The position numbers were made by a program, and so were the translations under genes. Positions 39,001 to 47,750 of a stretch of 64,000 bases of DNA are shown piece after piece (the first letter of the stretch is position 1; every line of letters starts with the position of its first letter). Source of the stretch: Eubacteriales bacterium (GTDB lineage Bacteria; Bacillota; Clostridia; Oscillospirales; CAG-272). Under the pieces are notes generated by a model. The model had not been told where the DNA came from. It saw only the letters and a list, made by a program, of their open reading frames with translations, and made no database searches. The stretch spans positions 40,546-104,545 of the forward strand of contig JAZRCT010000054.1 in assembly GCA_045659905.1 (NCBI GenBank), written 5' to 3'.

Positions 39001-40730
39001 AGAAATCCACCGTATTTATGCCGATGCCTACGGGCGATAACGCAACCGCCAGTGCGCTCTTTGATTCTCTTAGCACAACCGCCACCGTAACCTTCAACAG
39101 CACCAGCTTCTCCAACGTATCCTTCACTCCCAACAAGGCAGGCTATTCCAAGGTAAAGCTCGGTACGGGCTGTACCTACAGCGAAAGCTGTAATACCGCT
39201 AACGTTGATTTCGGTGAAAATGCGGCGGTAACTCTGGCGGCGGGCTGGAAGCAGACTCTCGCAAACGGCTCTGAGCAGCTTATATTCAACAGCGTAGAGG
39301 GACAGGGCTCAATGACCTACCACTACTATAAGAACTCCACCGCTAACAACGGAAAATACTTATTCGTATGGACCGGCGAGACCGGTACTGACGGAAGCGG
39401 CAACACCGTTCCTTCGGGAAGCTTCACTGCGATATACGGCGATATCTCTACCGTATGTGACGGCGACGCTACCAATGGCTACACCTTAAAAAGCGACTGC
39501 TACTACGGCTCGAAAAACGGTATCGTAAGTGAAAATGTAAACGAAACCTACCTTGTATCCACCGGCGTTACAGCTCCCGATGACAAGCTCACTTACGTAA
39601 TGCCCAATCAGACGTATATCGTGCTTGCCGAGGGACAGCGCATCGTCACTTGGGAAATCGGCGAAAGCTCCGCCACCGAGGTGCGTGATGCCGACGACGA
39701 TACTGCGCCTTCGGGCTTTGAGCTTCCCGTATCCAAGGCAGAAGTTTACGAATACACCTGGAACGTAGAAAGCGTAACCGAGGGTGGCGTACAGTACGAA
39801 ACCCGTACCGTAAAATTTGAAGTACTCTTTAAGCTCAAATCCAACATATCGCTTAACAACGATTTCAAGTACAATATCTATATCCCCAAGGCTCTCGTTG
39901 AGGGCGGTGACGTTAACGAAACTATACTCCTTAACGGTAACGAGGTTACCCTTACCGACCTCTATATTCACGAAAGCGTTGAATATTATATCGTTTCGGT
40001 AAACAACATCGCAGCTCCAAACGGCGGAGATTCATTCGAGGTAATCACTACCTTAAATCTTGCCGACGATGCTATGGAGGCTACCGACACTATCGATACT
40101 ACCTTCACGCTCTCGATTCCCGAGTATGCAAAGCTTGTGCTTGAAGATACGTCTCTCAACGCAGAGTGCAAGCAGATGATGGCAGACGTGCTCAACTACA
40201 TAAGACTTGCGGCAGTCTTCGGCGGTGACGCTTATACCGCTAAGGCAGGATACACCGCAGTCAACGATGCAATTGCTCTTTACGACGCTGCAGGAATCAC
40301 TGCTACCGATACCACTGCGACCGACTTTGCAGCTCTTGCTAAGACTCCCGTAGGAGTAAAGGCGGCAGTAGATGCGGCAACCTTTGAAATCGGCTCAAGC
40401 GTAAAGATGCGCCTTTACCTCTCCGAGGGCTATAACGGAACGCTTACCCTCACCTACAAGGACAAGGCAAACGCCGACGTAGTCACCGATTACGAGATTA
40501 CCGACGGTAAGTGTAACGGCAAGAGCTACGTAGAGCTTAATCTTAAGGCATACTATATTGCAAATGACGTCACCATCACCTTTGACGGTCAGGCAGACGC
40601 TACGAATGCGGTATATAACCTCGCTTCTTATATTGAGTATTACAAGAGCAACGCAAAGGTATCTGACCTCGCAAAGGCGCTCTACGCTTACTCGCTCTCT
40701 GCACTCGCATATCAGAATACCTTAGGATAA
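36016..40730 (+). pseudogene. giant secreted beta-helix / LamG-domain surface protein, split by a frameshift (503-aa plus 1034-aa ORFs)
   Basis: AAGGAG RBS and a signal peptide MRKHLKTLLPIVLVVALAMALSIAVFA. The ORF stops at 37527. The second frame is open from 37473 and continues the same domain (...VTALDGSIPSTPTTINSTEDPFLILGDD...). A LamG-like signature is present (SQWHHIQMVISV...YQLYVDGTAVG). Beta-helix-type repeats and the C-terminal domain are shared with the 30433 gene. Confidence 0.7.
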
Positions 40731-40743
40731 GGAGATTTCCGAA

Positions 40744-40890
40744 ATGAAGCAATATATTGCTCCAAAAATTGAGCTTTTAGCTCTGATAAGCAGAGATATT
40801 ATTACGGACTCTCAGCCCTCCGGCGGCGAGACCGATACGCCTATTCTCAGCATAGGCCCTAATCAAAATCAAAGTAACGGAAATTTCTGA
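40744..40890 (+). CDS. 48-aa peptide, paralog of the 30283-30414 peptide (not in ORF track)
   Basis: ATG 13 nt after the stop of the giant gene, with a TAAGGAG RBS overlapping that stop. Translation: MKQYIAPKIELLALISRDIITDSQPSGGETDTPILSIGPNQNQSNGNF. Confidence 0.6.
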   Translation: MKQYIAPKIELLALISRDIITDSQPSGGETDTPILSIGPNQNQSNGNF

Positions 40891-40894
40891 TATA

Positions 40895-40953
40895 AAAGCA
40901 CTTATGATGAACGATAAAATCGTCTGTCATAAGTGCTTTTGCGTTTCTTTTGC
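40895..40953 (+). terminator. intrinsic terminator after the peptide gene
   Basis: A 13-bp stem AAAGCACTTATGA / TCATAAGTGCTTT followed by TGCGTTTCTTTT. Confidence 0.75.
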
Positions 40954-40975
40954 CTTGCTTCCCGATGGTAATCAG

Positions 40976-41139
40976 GTGAAGTTTTCGCTTATGCGAAAGT
41001 GAAGTTGCTACGCAGTGAAGTTTGTGCTACGCACAAGTGAAGTTATGTTTGCCCTCTTTGCCGAAGGCAAAACTTCACTATCCGCAGGATAACTTCACTT
41101 ACGTAGTAAACTTCACTTGCCCGCAAGGGCAAACTTAGT
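40976..41139 (+). repeat. mini-hairpin micro-array C (GTGAAGTT x4, then AACTTCAC(T) x4)
   Basis: GTGAAGTT occurs at 40976, 40999, 41015 and 41037. AACTTCACT occurs at 41071, 41091 and 41109, with a degenerate AACTTAGT at 41132. The words are separated by mini-hairpins: TTTCGC-TTAT-GCGAAA, TGC-TAC-GCA, TGTGC-TAC-GCACA, TTTGCC-GAA-GGCAAA, ATCC-GCA-GGAT, TACGTA and TGCCC-GCAA-GGGCA. Confidence 0.75.
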
Positions 41140-41143
41140 TAAT

Positions 41144-41187
41144 GGGCGCACTCGAAAACTGCGTTTTCGGGCACGCCCGTTTTTCTT
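41144..41187 (+). terminator. terminator-like nested hairpin closing array C
   Basis: GGGCG...CGCCC encloses CGAAAAC-TGC-GTTTTCG and is followed by GTTTTTCTT. Confidence 0.55.
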
Positions 41188-41211
41188 CCTCACTCTTTTT
41201 TTAGACTAAAA

Positions 41212-41436
41212 TCAGTAATCGGTAGGGTAGGAATCCTCGTCGCAATCACAGCACGGAGAGCAGATTTCTTCCTTTTTCTTCATATTCTTCATTTTATTTA
41301 TCATACAGGACATTTTATCGGTTATGCCTCGCTTCAGCGAGGATACTATACTGTAAGCTCCGTATACGGCAAGACCTCCTGCCATAGCAATTATAAGCGG
41401 ATGCTTCTTCTTTTTTGCATTTTTCATAAAAAGCAT
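41212..41436 (-). CDS. small membrane protein with a Cys-rich acidic tail
   Basis: 74 aa with a K-rich N-terminus, one TM helix (LIIAMAGGLAVYGAYSIV) and the C-terminus EEICSPCCDCDEDSYPTDY. RBS AGGGA. I recognised no family. Confidence 0.5.
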   Translation of the reverse strand: MLFMKNAKKKKHPLIIAMAGGLAVYGAYSIVSSLKRGITDKMSCMINKMKNMKKKEEICSPCCDCDEDSYPTDY

Positions 41437-41563
41437 TTTAATTCCCTTCTTTGCAAGTTATTGCAGTATTATTTTCCCCCTCTGTTTGCCTTTTATTTAT
41501 TGTTGACAAAAGCAAAATAATGGTATAAAATATAGCTATAAAAATGCGAAAGGGGGCATAGCT

Positions 41564-43363
41564 ATGATAAAATGCAAGGCTTGCTCGCACGAGGTCGAGT
41601 ACAACGGCGGTATATGCCCCGTTTGCTCGTCGGCGCTTACTCCCGACGAATCCGAAATAGCCGATGCAAAAATTAAGCTTAGCGAGGCTATATCGTCAAG
41701 GAATAATGCAAAAATCCTCGCCTGCCGAGAGCTGCTTGCGGCTGTCGGCGACACCGAGAGCGAGCGTGAATACGCAAAATATCTTGAGCGCACCGACTCA
41801 GGTAAAAGGAATCTTGCGCTTGCGGCGGAATATTATTTCTCGGCGGCAAGCAAGAACGACGCCTACTCGGCATACAGATATTCAAGGCTTCAGGCACGCA
41901 GAAGCCAAAAGGCGGCGCTCTTTTTCCTCAAATTTTCAGGACTGCTCGGCTGTATCAACGCCTATGCGGAGCTTGCCGAATACTTTTCCTCGGTAGGCAA
42001 GGAGGATATTGCAAGCTATTATTACTATCTTGGCGCAGAGGGCAGCGACACGCCGTCAATTGTGGCGCTGGCAAAGCGCTACGCAGAGGGTATCGGCGTA
42101 GAGAAGAACGAGCCTTACGCAAAATGGTATCTTGACAAATTTACTATTCCGCCCATCAGCGCACTAAAGCTTGCCTACAAGCTTCGCTCCGTCACGCCAA
42201 AGAATCCTCCCGGAATCGATTTTGACGGCTACCGTGAATATCTTAAGGAGCTTTCGGGGGAGGCTTATTCTCTGGGCTTTTATACGGCTTATTACCGTAT
42301 AGTATCCGAGCTTGCGGACGGCAGCGACAACGATTATCAATTTCTTCTCGGAAAGCTTACCGCAGAGGGTGTCGGCACAGACAAAAACGGCGAGCTTGCG
42401 CTCGGTATACTAATGACCGCCGTTATGAACGGCAGCAGTGACGCTATGATGTATATAGCCGACGGATATGCTGCGAAGGGCAGCTTTCTTCCCTACGACG
42501 TAGAGCTTGCCTTTGAATATTACGAGCGTGCGGCAAAGGCGGGACGTGCCGACGCTTACGCTAAAATAGGCGAAATTTATTATCAGGGACGCCACTCGGA
42601 AAGCGGCACTCCCGACCCAAAGACAGCTCTTGCCTGCTACAAGCTTGGCGCAAGGCTCGGTTCGCAGGAGGCAAAGGAAAAATACGATGCACTAATAAAC
42701 AGGCGAAACGAATATTACCGTCAGGGCTGCGCCGTGCTTTCTAAGTGCGGCAGCGTCACAAGAAGCGAGGCCGATGAGGCATTCCGCTCACTTGCGATTG
42801 CGGCAGCGTACGGTCACAAGAGCGCTCCTCGGGCGCTTGGCAAATGCTACGCCTACGGCTTCGGCTGTGACAAGATTCCAAGGGAGGCATTCAAATGGTT
42901 TCTTGAGGCGGCAAGGCTCGGCGACAAGGACGCATACCTCTCGCTTGGACTTTGCTATGCCAAGGGCTTCGGCACTCGCTTCTCCTATAAAAGCGCTGTG
43001 CATTACCTCAAGCTTGCGATAGACTATGGCTACGCTGATGCCGGTCGTGAGCTTTCTCTCCTCGTATCAAGAAAGCAAAAGCGAACGGTAAAGCAGATAT
43101 ACGCTCTCTGTATGGAGCTTATATATATGAAGAAATTTGATACGGCGTTTAAAATCCTTACCTCGACAGAGGCACTCGGGTATCCAAAGCTTCTATACAC
43201 TATCGGCTGTATGTACGAATTCGGACTTGGTTGCGATACCTCAAAGAAGCGTGCGAACGAGTATTACTCCCGTGCGGCGGCAGGCTCGGCTGCGTACGGC
43301 TCGTTTATTGACGAGGGCGCAAGGTACAAATCAAGGATTTTAAAAATCATTAAAAGAGTATAG
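41564..43363 (+). CDS. zinc-ribbon plus Sel1-like (TPR-family) repeat protein
   Basis: The N-terminus CKACSHEVEYNGGICPVCS is a CxxC...CxxC ribbon. Many Sel1-type repeats follow (AxxGxxxAxxxLGxxYxxGxGVxKN-like, for example LAKRYAEGIGVEKNEPYAKWYL and LGLCYAKGFGTRFSYKSAVHYLKLA). Confidence 0.8.
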   Translation: MIKCKACSHEVEYNGGICPVCSSALTPDESEIADAKIKLSEAISSRNNAKILACRELLAAVGDTESEREYAKYLERTDSGKRNLALAAEYYFSAASKNDAYSAYRYSRLQARRSQKAALFFLKFSGLLGCINAYAELAEYFSSVGKEDIASYYYYLGAEGSDTPSIVALAKRYAEGIGVEKNEPYAKWYLDKFTIPPISALKLAYKLRSVTPKNPPGIDFDGYREYLKELSGEAYSLGFYTAYYRIVSELADGSDNDYQFLLGKLTAEGVGTDKNGELALGILMTAVMNGSSDAMMYIADGYAAKGSFLPYDVELAFEYYERAAKAGRADAYAKIGEIYYQGRHSESGTPDPKTALACYKLGARLGSQEAKEKYDALINRRNEYYRQGCAVLSKCGSVTRSEADEAFRSLAIAAAYGHKSAPRALGKCYAYGFGCDKIPREAFKWFLEAARLGDKDAYLSLGLCYAKGFGTRFSYKSAVHYLKLAIDYGYADAGRELSLLVSRKQKRTVKQIYALCMELIYMKKFDTAFKILTSTEALGYPKLLYTIGCMYEFGLGCDTSKKRANEYYSRAAAGSAAYGSFIDEGARYKSRILKIIKRV

Positions 43364-43380
43364 CATTTTCATATATCAAG

Positions 43381-43412
43381 AAAAAGTCATCGGAAATTTC
43401 CGATGACTTTTT
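43381..43412. terminator. bidirectional intrinsic terminator
   Basis: Perfect palindrome AAAAAGTCATCGGAAA / TTTCCGATGACTTTTT. Confidence 0.8.
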
Positions 43413-43426
43413 CTTTGCGTTTTTCG

Positions 43427-45028
43427 TTATTTTTGTATAGCTTTGTTTACAATATTAGCGAAATCAAGCATTTTATCGACCGCATAATTATAGTACACGC
43501 TTTCGATATAAAATTCCTCGCCGTAATATTCAAGCACCTGCTTCTCGTATTTTTCCAGCGCCTCTAAATATTTTTCCTCGGTGTCAAAATCCTTGCGTGT
43601 CTTTCCGTAATACTCGAAGTCAAACTCAAGCTCCTTTTGGTATATTTTCTCAAACTGCTCGTCGGTCGGGACTAAATTTTCCTTTTTCAGAATGCTGTAA
43701 AAAATCAGCTTTTCCCATACCTCGTTTTTGACCTGCTCATTAAGCACGGCTCGCCAATCTCCGCCATCGCCTACGTCGTAATACTCTTTAAGATATTTAT
43801 CTATGCTTTCATAATAGGTTGCGTAATTCTCGGCAAATTCCAGCTGGTGATTGTAATAATAATCGTCAAATATTCTGCGAAGCTCGCTTTCGGGATATTT
43901 CTTCACAGATATTTTTTCCTTAAGCTTCTCCCACATTTTATCTGCCGCTTCGTATCTCTTTTCGTCTTCTCTTTCCGCTTCAAGCTCTGCTCTTACGTAG
44001 GAGCGATACTTTTCTACAAGTCCCTCGCCCTTGTATTCGCTAAGAAATTCCGAGCTTAGCTTCAGCTTATCGGTAATAAAGGCTTCATCAAGCTCCGCCG
44101 TTTCGTAGCAGAGCGCCTTTTCGATATACACGTCGAAATAAACCGTCTTATTCCTGAATTCCTCGCTCTGATAGTCGTATGGAAATACCGTCTTTACTAC
44201 CTTGGGATTTTCTTCGCATCTGGTAGCATAATTGACCTCAGCCGAGGTGTAGGTGATTTTCTCATTAGACTTAGCCTTTATCAGGGTGATAGCGTCAATA
44301 TTGATGCTGCCAATCGTCTCTTCTCTGAGAAAATCCTCAATTCCGATGCCCCACTTTTCCTCAAGCCTTGGGTCTTTTAAATCTATACGGACCTTTTCAT
44401 TCTGATGTATATCGCTGCCCGTCTCCTCAATATAGCTGAGCGTGCAGTAAAGCACGTCACCGTCCTTGACCGCACCGTCGGTTGCCTTCTCGAACTTACT
44501 GTAATCCTCAGGCACTACACCTATAAGTCCAAGCTCAAATCCTGCTATAAACTGACCGCCGCCAAGAGTAAGCTCGGTCGGAGTGCTATCCGAGAAATTG
44601 CAGGTACCATCAAGGTCTATCTGGTTGCCGTCGGCGTCAAGCTCGTATCCTCGGTAATATATATACACCTTGTCCCCTGCCTTGGCAGGACGGTTAAGCA
44701 CGTAGTGTCCCTCGTAAAGAAGCGAGCCCTTGTTCTTGGCAAGCGCCTTCAAAATCTCGTTTTCAACCTCGACATCGCTGACGCTCGGTATATCTATTTC
44801 TATATCGTAATCCTTGTAAGCGCTCTCATCAAATTCTATATATCCCGATAAATCGTCGTTAATATAGTCGAGCCTGTCATAGCTCTTGCTTCCTTCCTTG
44901 ATTATAGCCATCGCTATTGCAAAGCCGAGAAGAAGCACCGAGGCTACCGCAAATACTGTAATCGTTATTAAAAGCGGTCTTGATATCTGCTCGCTCTTTT
45001 TCCCGCCGTGTTTTTTCGTATCTGCCAT
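43427..45028 (-). CDS. membrane-anchored trigger-factor-like protein (FKBP-type PPIase domain)
   Basis: 533 aa with an N-terminal TM helix (LLITITVFAVASVLLLGFAIAMAII). Its PPIase-like segment GDKVYIYYRGYELDADG...LTLGGGQFIAGFELGLIGV resembles the trigger factor FKBP domain. The C-terminal region is helical. Confidence 0.65.
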   Translation of the reverse strand: MADTKKHGGKKSEQISRPLLITITVFAVASVLLLGFAIAMAIIKEGSKSYDRLDYINDDLSGYIEFDESAYKDYDIEIDIPSVSDVEVENEILKALAKNKGSLLYEGHYVLNRPAKAGDKVYIYYRGYELDADGNQIDLDGTCNFSDSTPTELTLGGGQFIAGFELGLIGVVPEDYSKFEKATDGAVKDGDVLYCTLSYIEETGSDIHQNEKVRIDLKDPRLEEKWGIGIEDFLREETIGSINIDAITLIKAKSNEKITYTSAEVNYATRCEENPKVVKTVFPYDYQSEEFRNKTVYFDVYIEKALCYETAELDEAFITDKLKLSSEFLSEYKGEGLVEKYRSYVRAELEAEREDEKRYEAADKMWEKLKEKISVKKYPESELRRIFDDYYYNHQLEFAENYATYYESIDKYLKEYYDVGDGGDWRAVLNEQVKNEVWEKLIFYSILKKENLVPTDEQFEKIYQKELEFDFEYYGKTRKDFDTEEKYLEALEKYEKQVLEYYGEEFYIESVYYNYAVDKMLDFANIVNKAIQK

Positions 45029-45039
45029 AAAATCTCCGT

Positions 45040-45465
45040 TTAATCCTCAAAGGAATCGGCATACTCGCAGGCGAGCTTATCGCATCTTTCGTTGTACTCG
45101 TGTCCGTTATGCCCCTTTACCCAAATAAATTCTATCCTATGTATTCTGCTTAAGGAAAGCAGCTCCTCCCACAAATCGGGGTTCTTCACCTTATTAAAGC
45201 CCTTATCCTCCCAGCCGTATATCCAGCCCTGCGAAAAACCGTCCACAAGATATTTGGAATCCGAATAAAGCTTCACCGAGCAAGGCTCCTTTAATGCCTT
45301 AAGCCCTTCTATTGCGGCGGTAAGCTCCATACGGTTATTAGTAGTCTCACGCTCGCCGCCCGACATAGCCTTTTCATAGCGTCCGTATACCAGCACTGCG
45401 CCCCAGCCGCCCCGTCCGGGATTGCCTCGGCAGGCTCCGTCGGTGTATAATTGAACTTCCTTCAT
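45040..45465 (-). CDS. rnhA: ribonuclease HI
   Basis: 141 aa with [26 protein letters not shown] and [14 protein letters not shown] motifs. Confidence 0.9.
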   Translation of the reverse strand: MKEVQLYTDGACRGNPGRGGWGAVLVYGRYEKAMSGGERETTNNRMELTAAIEGLKALKEPCSVKLYSDSKYLVDGFSQGWIYGWEDKGFNKVKNPDLWEELLSLSRIHRIEFIWVKGHNGHEYNERCDKLACEYADSFED

Positions 45466-45578
45466 TTCAAAACTTACCTTTATATATAATAAAGCGAGGT
45501 TGTCGCATTTGTCGGCAGCCCCGCTTTTTGCTGTGTCAAATACCTTATTAAATTAGGTCTTTAAAACAGTCGTTCAAA

Positions 45579-47558
45579 TTAAGCTTTTTTAGTAGTGTAC
45601 TTAATGTTCTTATAAACGTCAACGCCGGTATCCTTATCGGCCTCCTCCTCGGTCTCAAGGAAGAAGTTGAGAAGCTTGTCAAACTGCTTTGCAGTCTGTA
45701 CGTTTTCCTCGCCGTAGTATTCTACGAGGTAATCGTTGCCGGGTCTGTTGATGTCCTTGATTTCGTCCTTGGTAAGGGTAAGCTCGTAAGCCTCAGCTGC
45801 CGCAAATACGGTAACCGAGATAAGAACGTGCTCCTTAGCCTGCTTCATAACCTCAGCCTTAGCATCCTCGAAAGTAGAGGTCTTAGTCTCTGCTCTGAGA
45901 TACTCCTCAAATACGCCCTGATAGTGAGAGTAATTCGAGGGGTCGTTCGTGGTGCTGCTGTTGCCGTCGTCGTACGTTCCGTTATAGAAGAGATACTGAT
46001 ATCTCGAGTAAATTCTCTCGTATGCATTCTCTACTGCCTTTGCAGGAAGCTTATCAATGCTCTTATCCTTGGTGTTGTCCTGGATAAGCTGCCAAAGCTC
46101 GGTAGCGAGATTCTTCTTGATTTCAGCGTTGTACTCTGCAAGGAGAGTTTCGTGGATATCAACCTCGTACTCTTCCTTAATCTTGTCTTCGCCTATCTTG
46201 GTAATAAGAGTGTCAATTGCATTATCGTAAGCTGTCTCTGCATTCTTCTTTGCAGTCTCAGCCTCGGTAAATTCAGCCTTAGCACCCTTTATATAGCCCT
46301 CCTGGTCAGGCTTAAGTCCGTTACCGTTAAGAGCCTCCTCTGCCTGCTTCTTTGCTGCAAGCTGAGTCTCGGTAGGCTCGCCGCCGTCCTTCTTTGCGTC
46401 CTCAATCTGCTTTTCAACAGTCTTAAGCGCCTCTTCGGCCTTTTCCTTAGCAGTCTTTGCAGCCTCGTACGCTGCAGCTGCGCCCTGGATGTAGCCCTCC
46501 TCGTCAGCCTCAAGACCGTTGCCGTTGAGAGCCTCCTCCTTAGCGATTACGTCCTTAACCTCGTTAAGGAAATTCTCGAAGGAAGGAAGTGCGTAAATGC
46601 TCTCCTCCTCGTGGTCGTGACCGTCATCCTCGTCGTGGATAAGCTCGGTGATAAGAGTCTTAAGAATAGTCTCAGCGTTGTAATCCTCAACCTCAAGGTA
46701 GTAAACAGGGAATACGTGATAGGTAAGAGTCTTGTCCTTAAGGTCGTACTCCTTACCGTCGTTAGCACTCTCAAGCTTCTTTTCCTCGGTGTAGGTAACC
46801 TCGGTAAAGGTCTTCTCTACGAACTTGCTTGCTACCCAGTTGATTTTAATGTTGGAATAAGTAACCTTTGCATCGCCCTCGCCCTTAGTGATATTGGAAA
46901 GGGTGGTTGCGATAGACTTATCTGCAATCTGAGATGCTACCTCGTGCTTGCTGTCGCCGATAGTAACCATTTCATTGTCAATGGTATCCTCTACGGTAAG
47001 CTTAGCGCCCTTGTCGTCAACCTTAATGTACGACTTAGTGTAGCTGATAAATGCGATATCGTCCTTCTTAGCAGTACCGCTGGTGAGCGTCTTGTAAACG
47101 TTGTCCGCAGTAAGCTCAACGTCCTTGAACTGAGTCTCAAGAAGCGCCTTGTAGCCGTCAGTGCTCGTGTTGCCGAACTGAAGGCTGAGTGCCGAGGACT
47201 CCTTCATATTAGCAGTAAGGAATGCGTGAGTCACACCGTCAATCTCGGCAGTAACGTAGTAGCAGTAGTAGAACTTGTCACGCTCGCCTATTTTGCCGGT
47301 AGTCTTCTTGTCGGTCGAATCAACCTTCTCAAGAAGTATCTCGTAAACATAGTCGACAATCTTCTCTTTTCTCGTTGCCTTGTCGGTGGTATATTCTCCG
47401 TCCTCAATCTCAAGTGCGAGAATAGCCTTGGCAAATTCGGTCTTGTCGAAATTTACGTACTGTGACATATCGTCCTTCGCAAAGCTGTATCCGCAGCTTA
47501 CGAGGGTGAGAGCAAGCATCACAACGACAAGAACAAGTGCTGTAATTCTTCTTTTCAT
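45579..47558 (-). CDS. lipoprotein, E/K/T-rich, with an internal tandem repeat (possible extracytoplasmic chaperone-like)
   Basis: Lipobox LALTLVSC after a K/R N-terminus. 659 aa. The repeat EEALNGNGL(E/K)(A/P)D(E/Q)EGYI(Q/K)GA occurs twice. The overall layout is loosely similar to the 43427 protein. Function is not established. Confidence 0.7.
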   Translation of the reverse strand: MKRRITALVLVVVMLALTLVSCGYSFAKDDMSQYVNFDKTEFAKAILALEIEDGEYTTDKATRKEKIVDYVYEILLEKVDSTDKKTTGKIGERDKFYYCYYVTAEIDGVTHAFLTANMKESSALSLQFGNTSTDGYKALLETQFKDVELTADNVYKTLTSGTAKKDDIAFISYTKSYIKVDDKGAKLTVEDTIDNEMVTIGDSKHEVASQIADKSIATTLSNITKGEGDAKVTYSNIKINWVASKFVEKTFTEVTYTEEKKLESANDGKEYDLKDKTLTYHVFPVYYLEVEDYNAETILKTLITELIHDEDDGHDHEEESIYALPSFENFLNEVKDVIAKEEALNGNGLEADEEGYIQGAAAAYEAAKTAKEKAEEALKTVEKQIEDAKKDGGEPTETQLAAKKQAEEALNGNGLKPDQEGYIKGAKAEFTEAETAKKNAETAYDNAIDTLITKIGEDKIKEEYEVDIHETLLAEYNAEIKKNLATELWQLIQDNTKDKSIDKLPAKAVENAYERIYSRYQYLFYNGTYDDGNSSTTNDPSNYSHYQGVFEEYLRAETKTSTFEDAKAEVMKQAKEHVLISVTVFAAAEAYELTLTKDEIKDINRPGNDYLVEYYGEENVQTAKQFDKLLNFFLETEEEADKDTGVDVYKNIKYTTKKA

Positions 47559-47750
47559 GGTAAAATCTCTTTCTACTTTTTCGTTATATCGTTCTATCGG
47601 CGCAATACGCCATTTTTATAGCACACATTATTGTATCACACTTTTTTGGAAAATGCAAACATTTTTTCAAAAAAACATAATATTTTTATTAAATTGCAGA
47701 AAATCGGGGAAACCCCGTCGAATCCGCATAAAAAAGTGCGGATTCGTGCA

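Noticed and set aside
30433-40730. Invertible shufflon in which the two divergently oriented paralogs exchange 5' ends by inversion of the fprA-dpaBA segment
   Set aside because: I saw no long identical inverted DNA repeats between the paralogs (similarity is at the diverged-protein level) and no recombinase gene in the window. Inversion would also flip essential sporulation genes.
45828-47465. 545-aa ORF on the + strand (L/V/S/C-rich)
   Set aside because: It is the antisense shadow of the E/K/D/T-rich lipoprotein gene 45579-47558. It has low-complexity composition, no RBS, and the opposite strand has a lipobox and a coherent protein.
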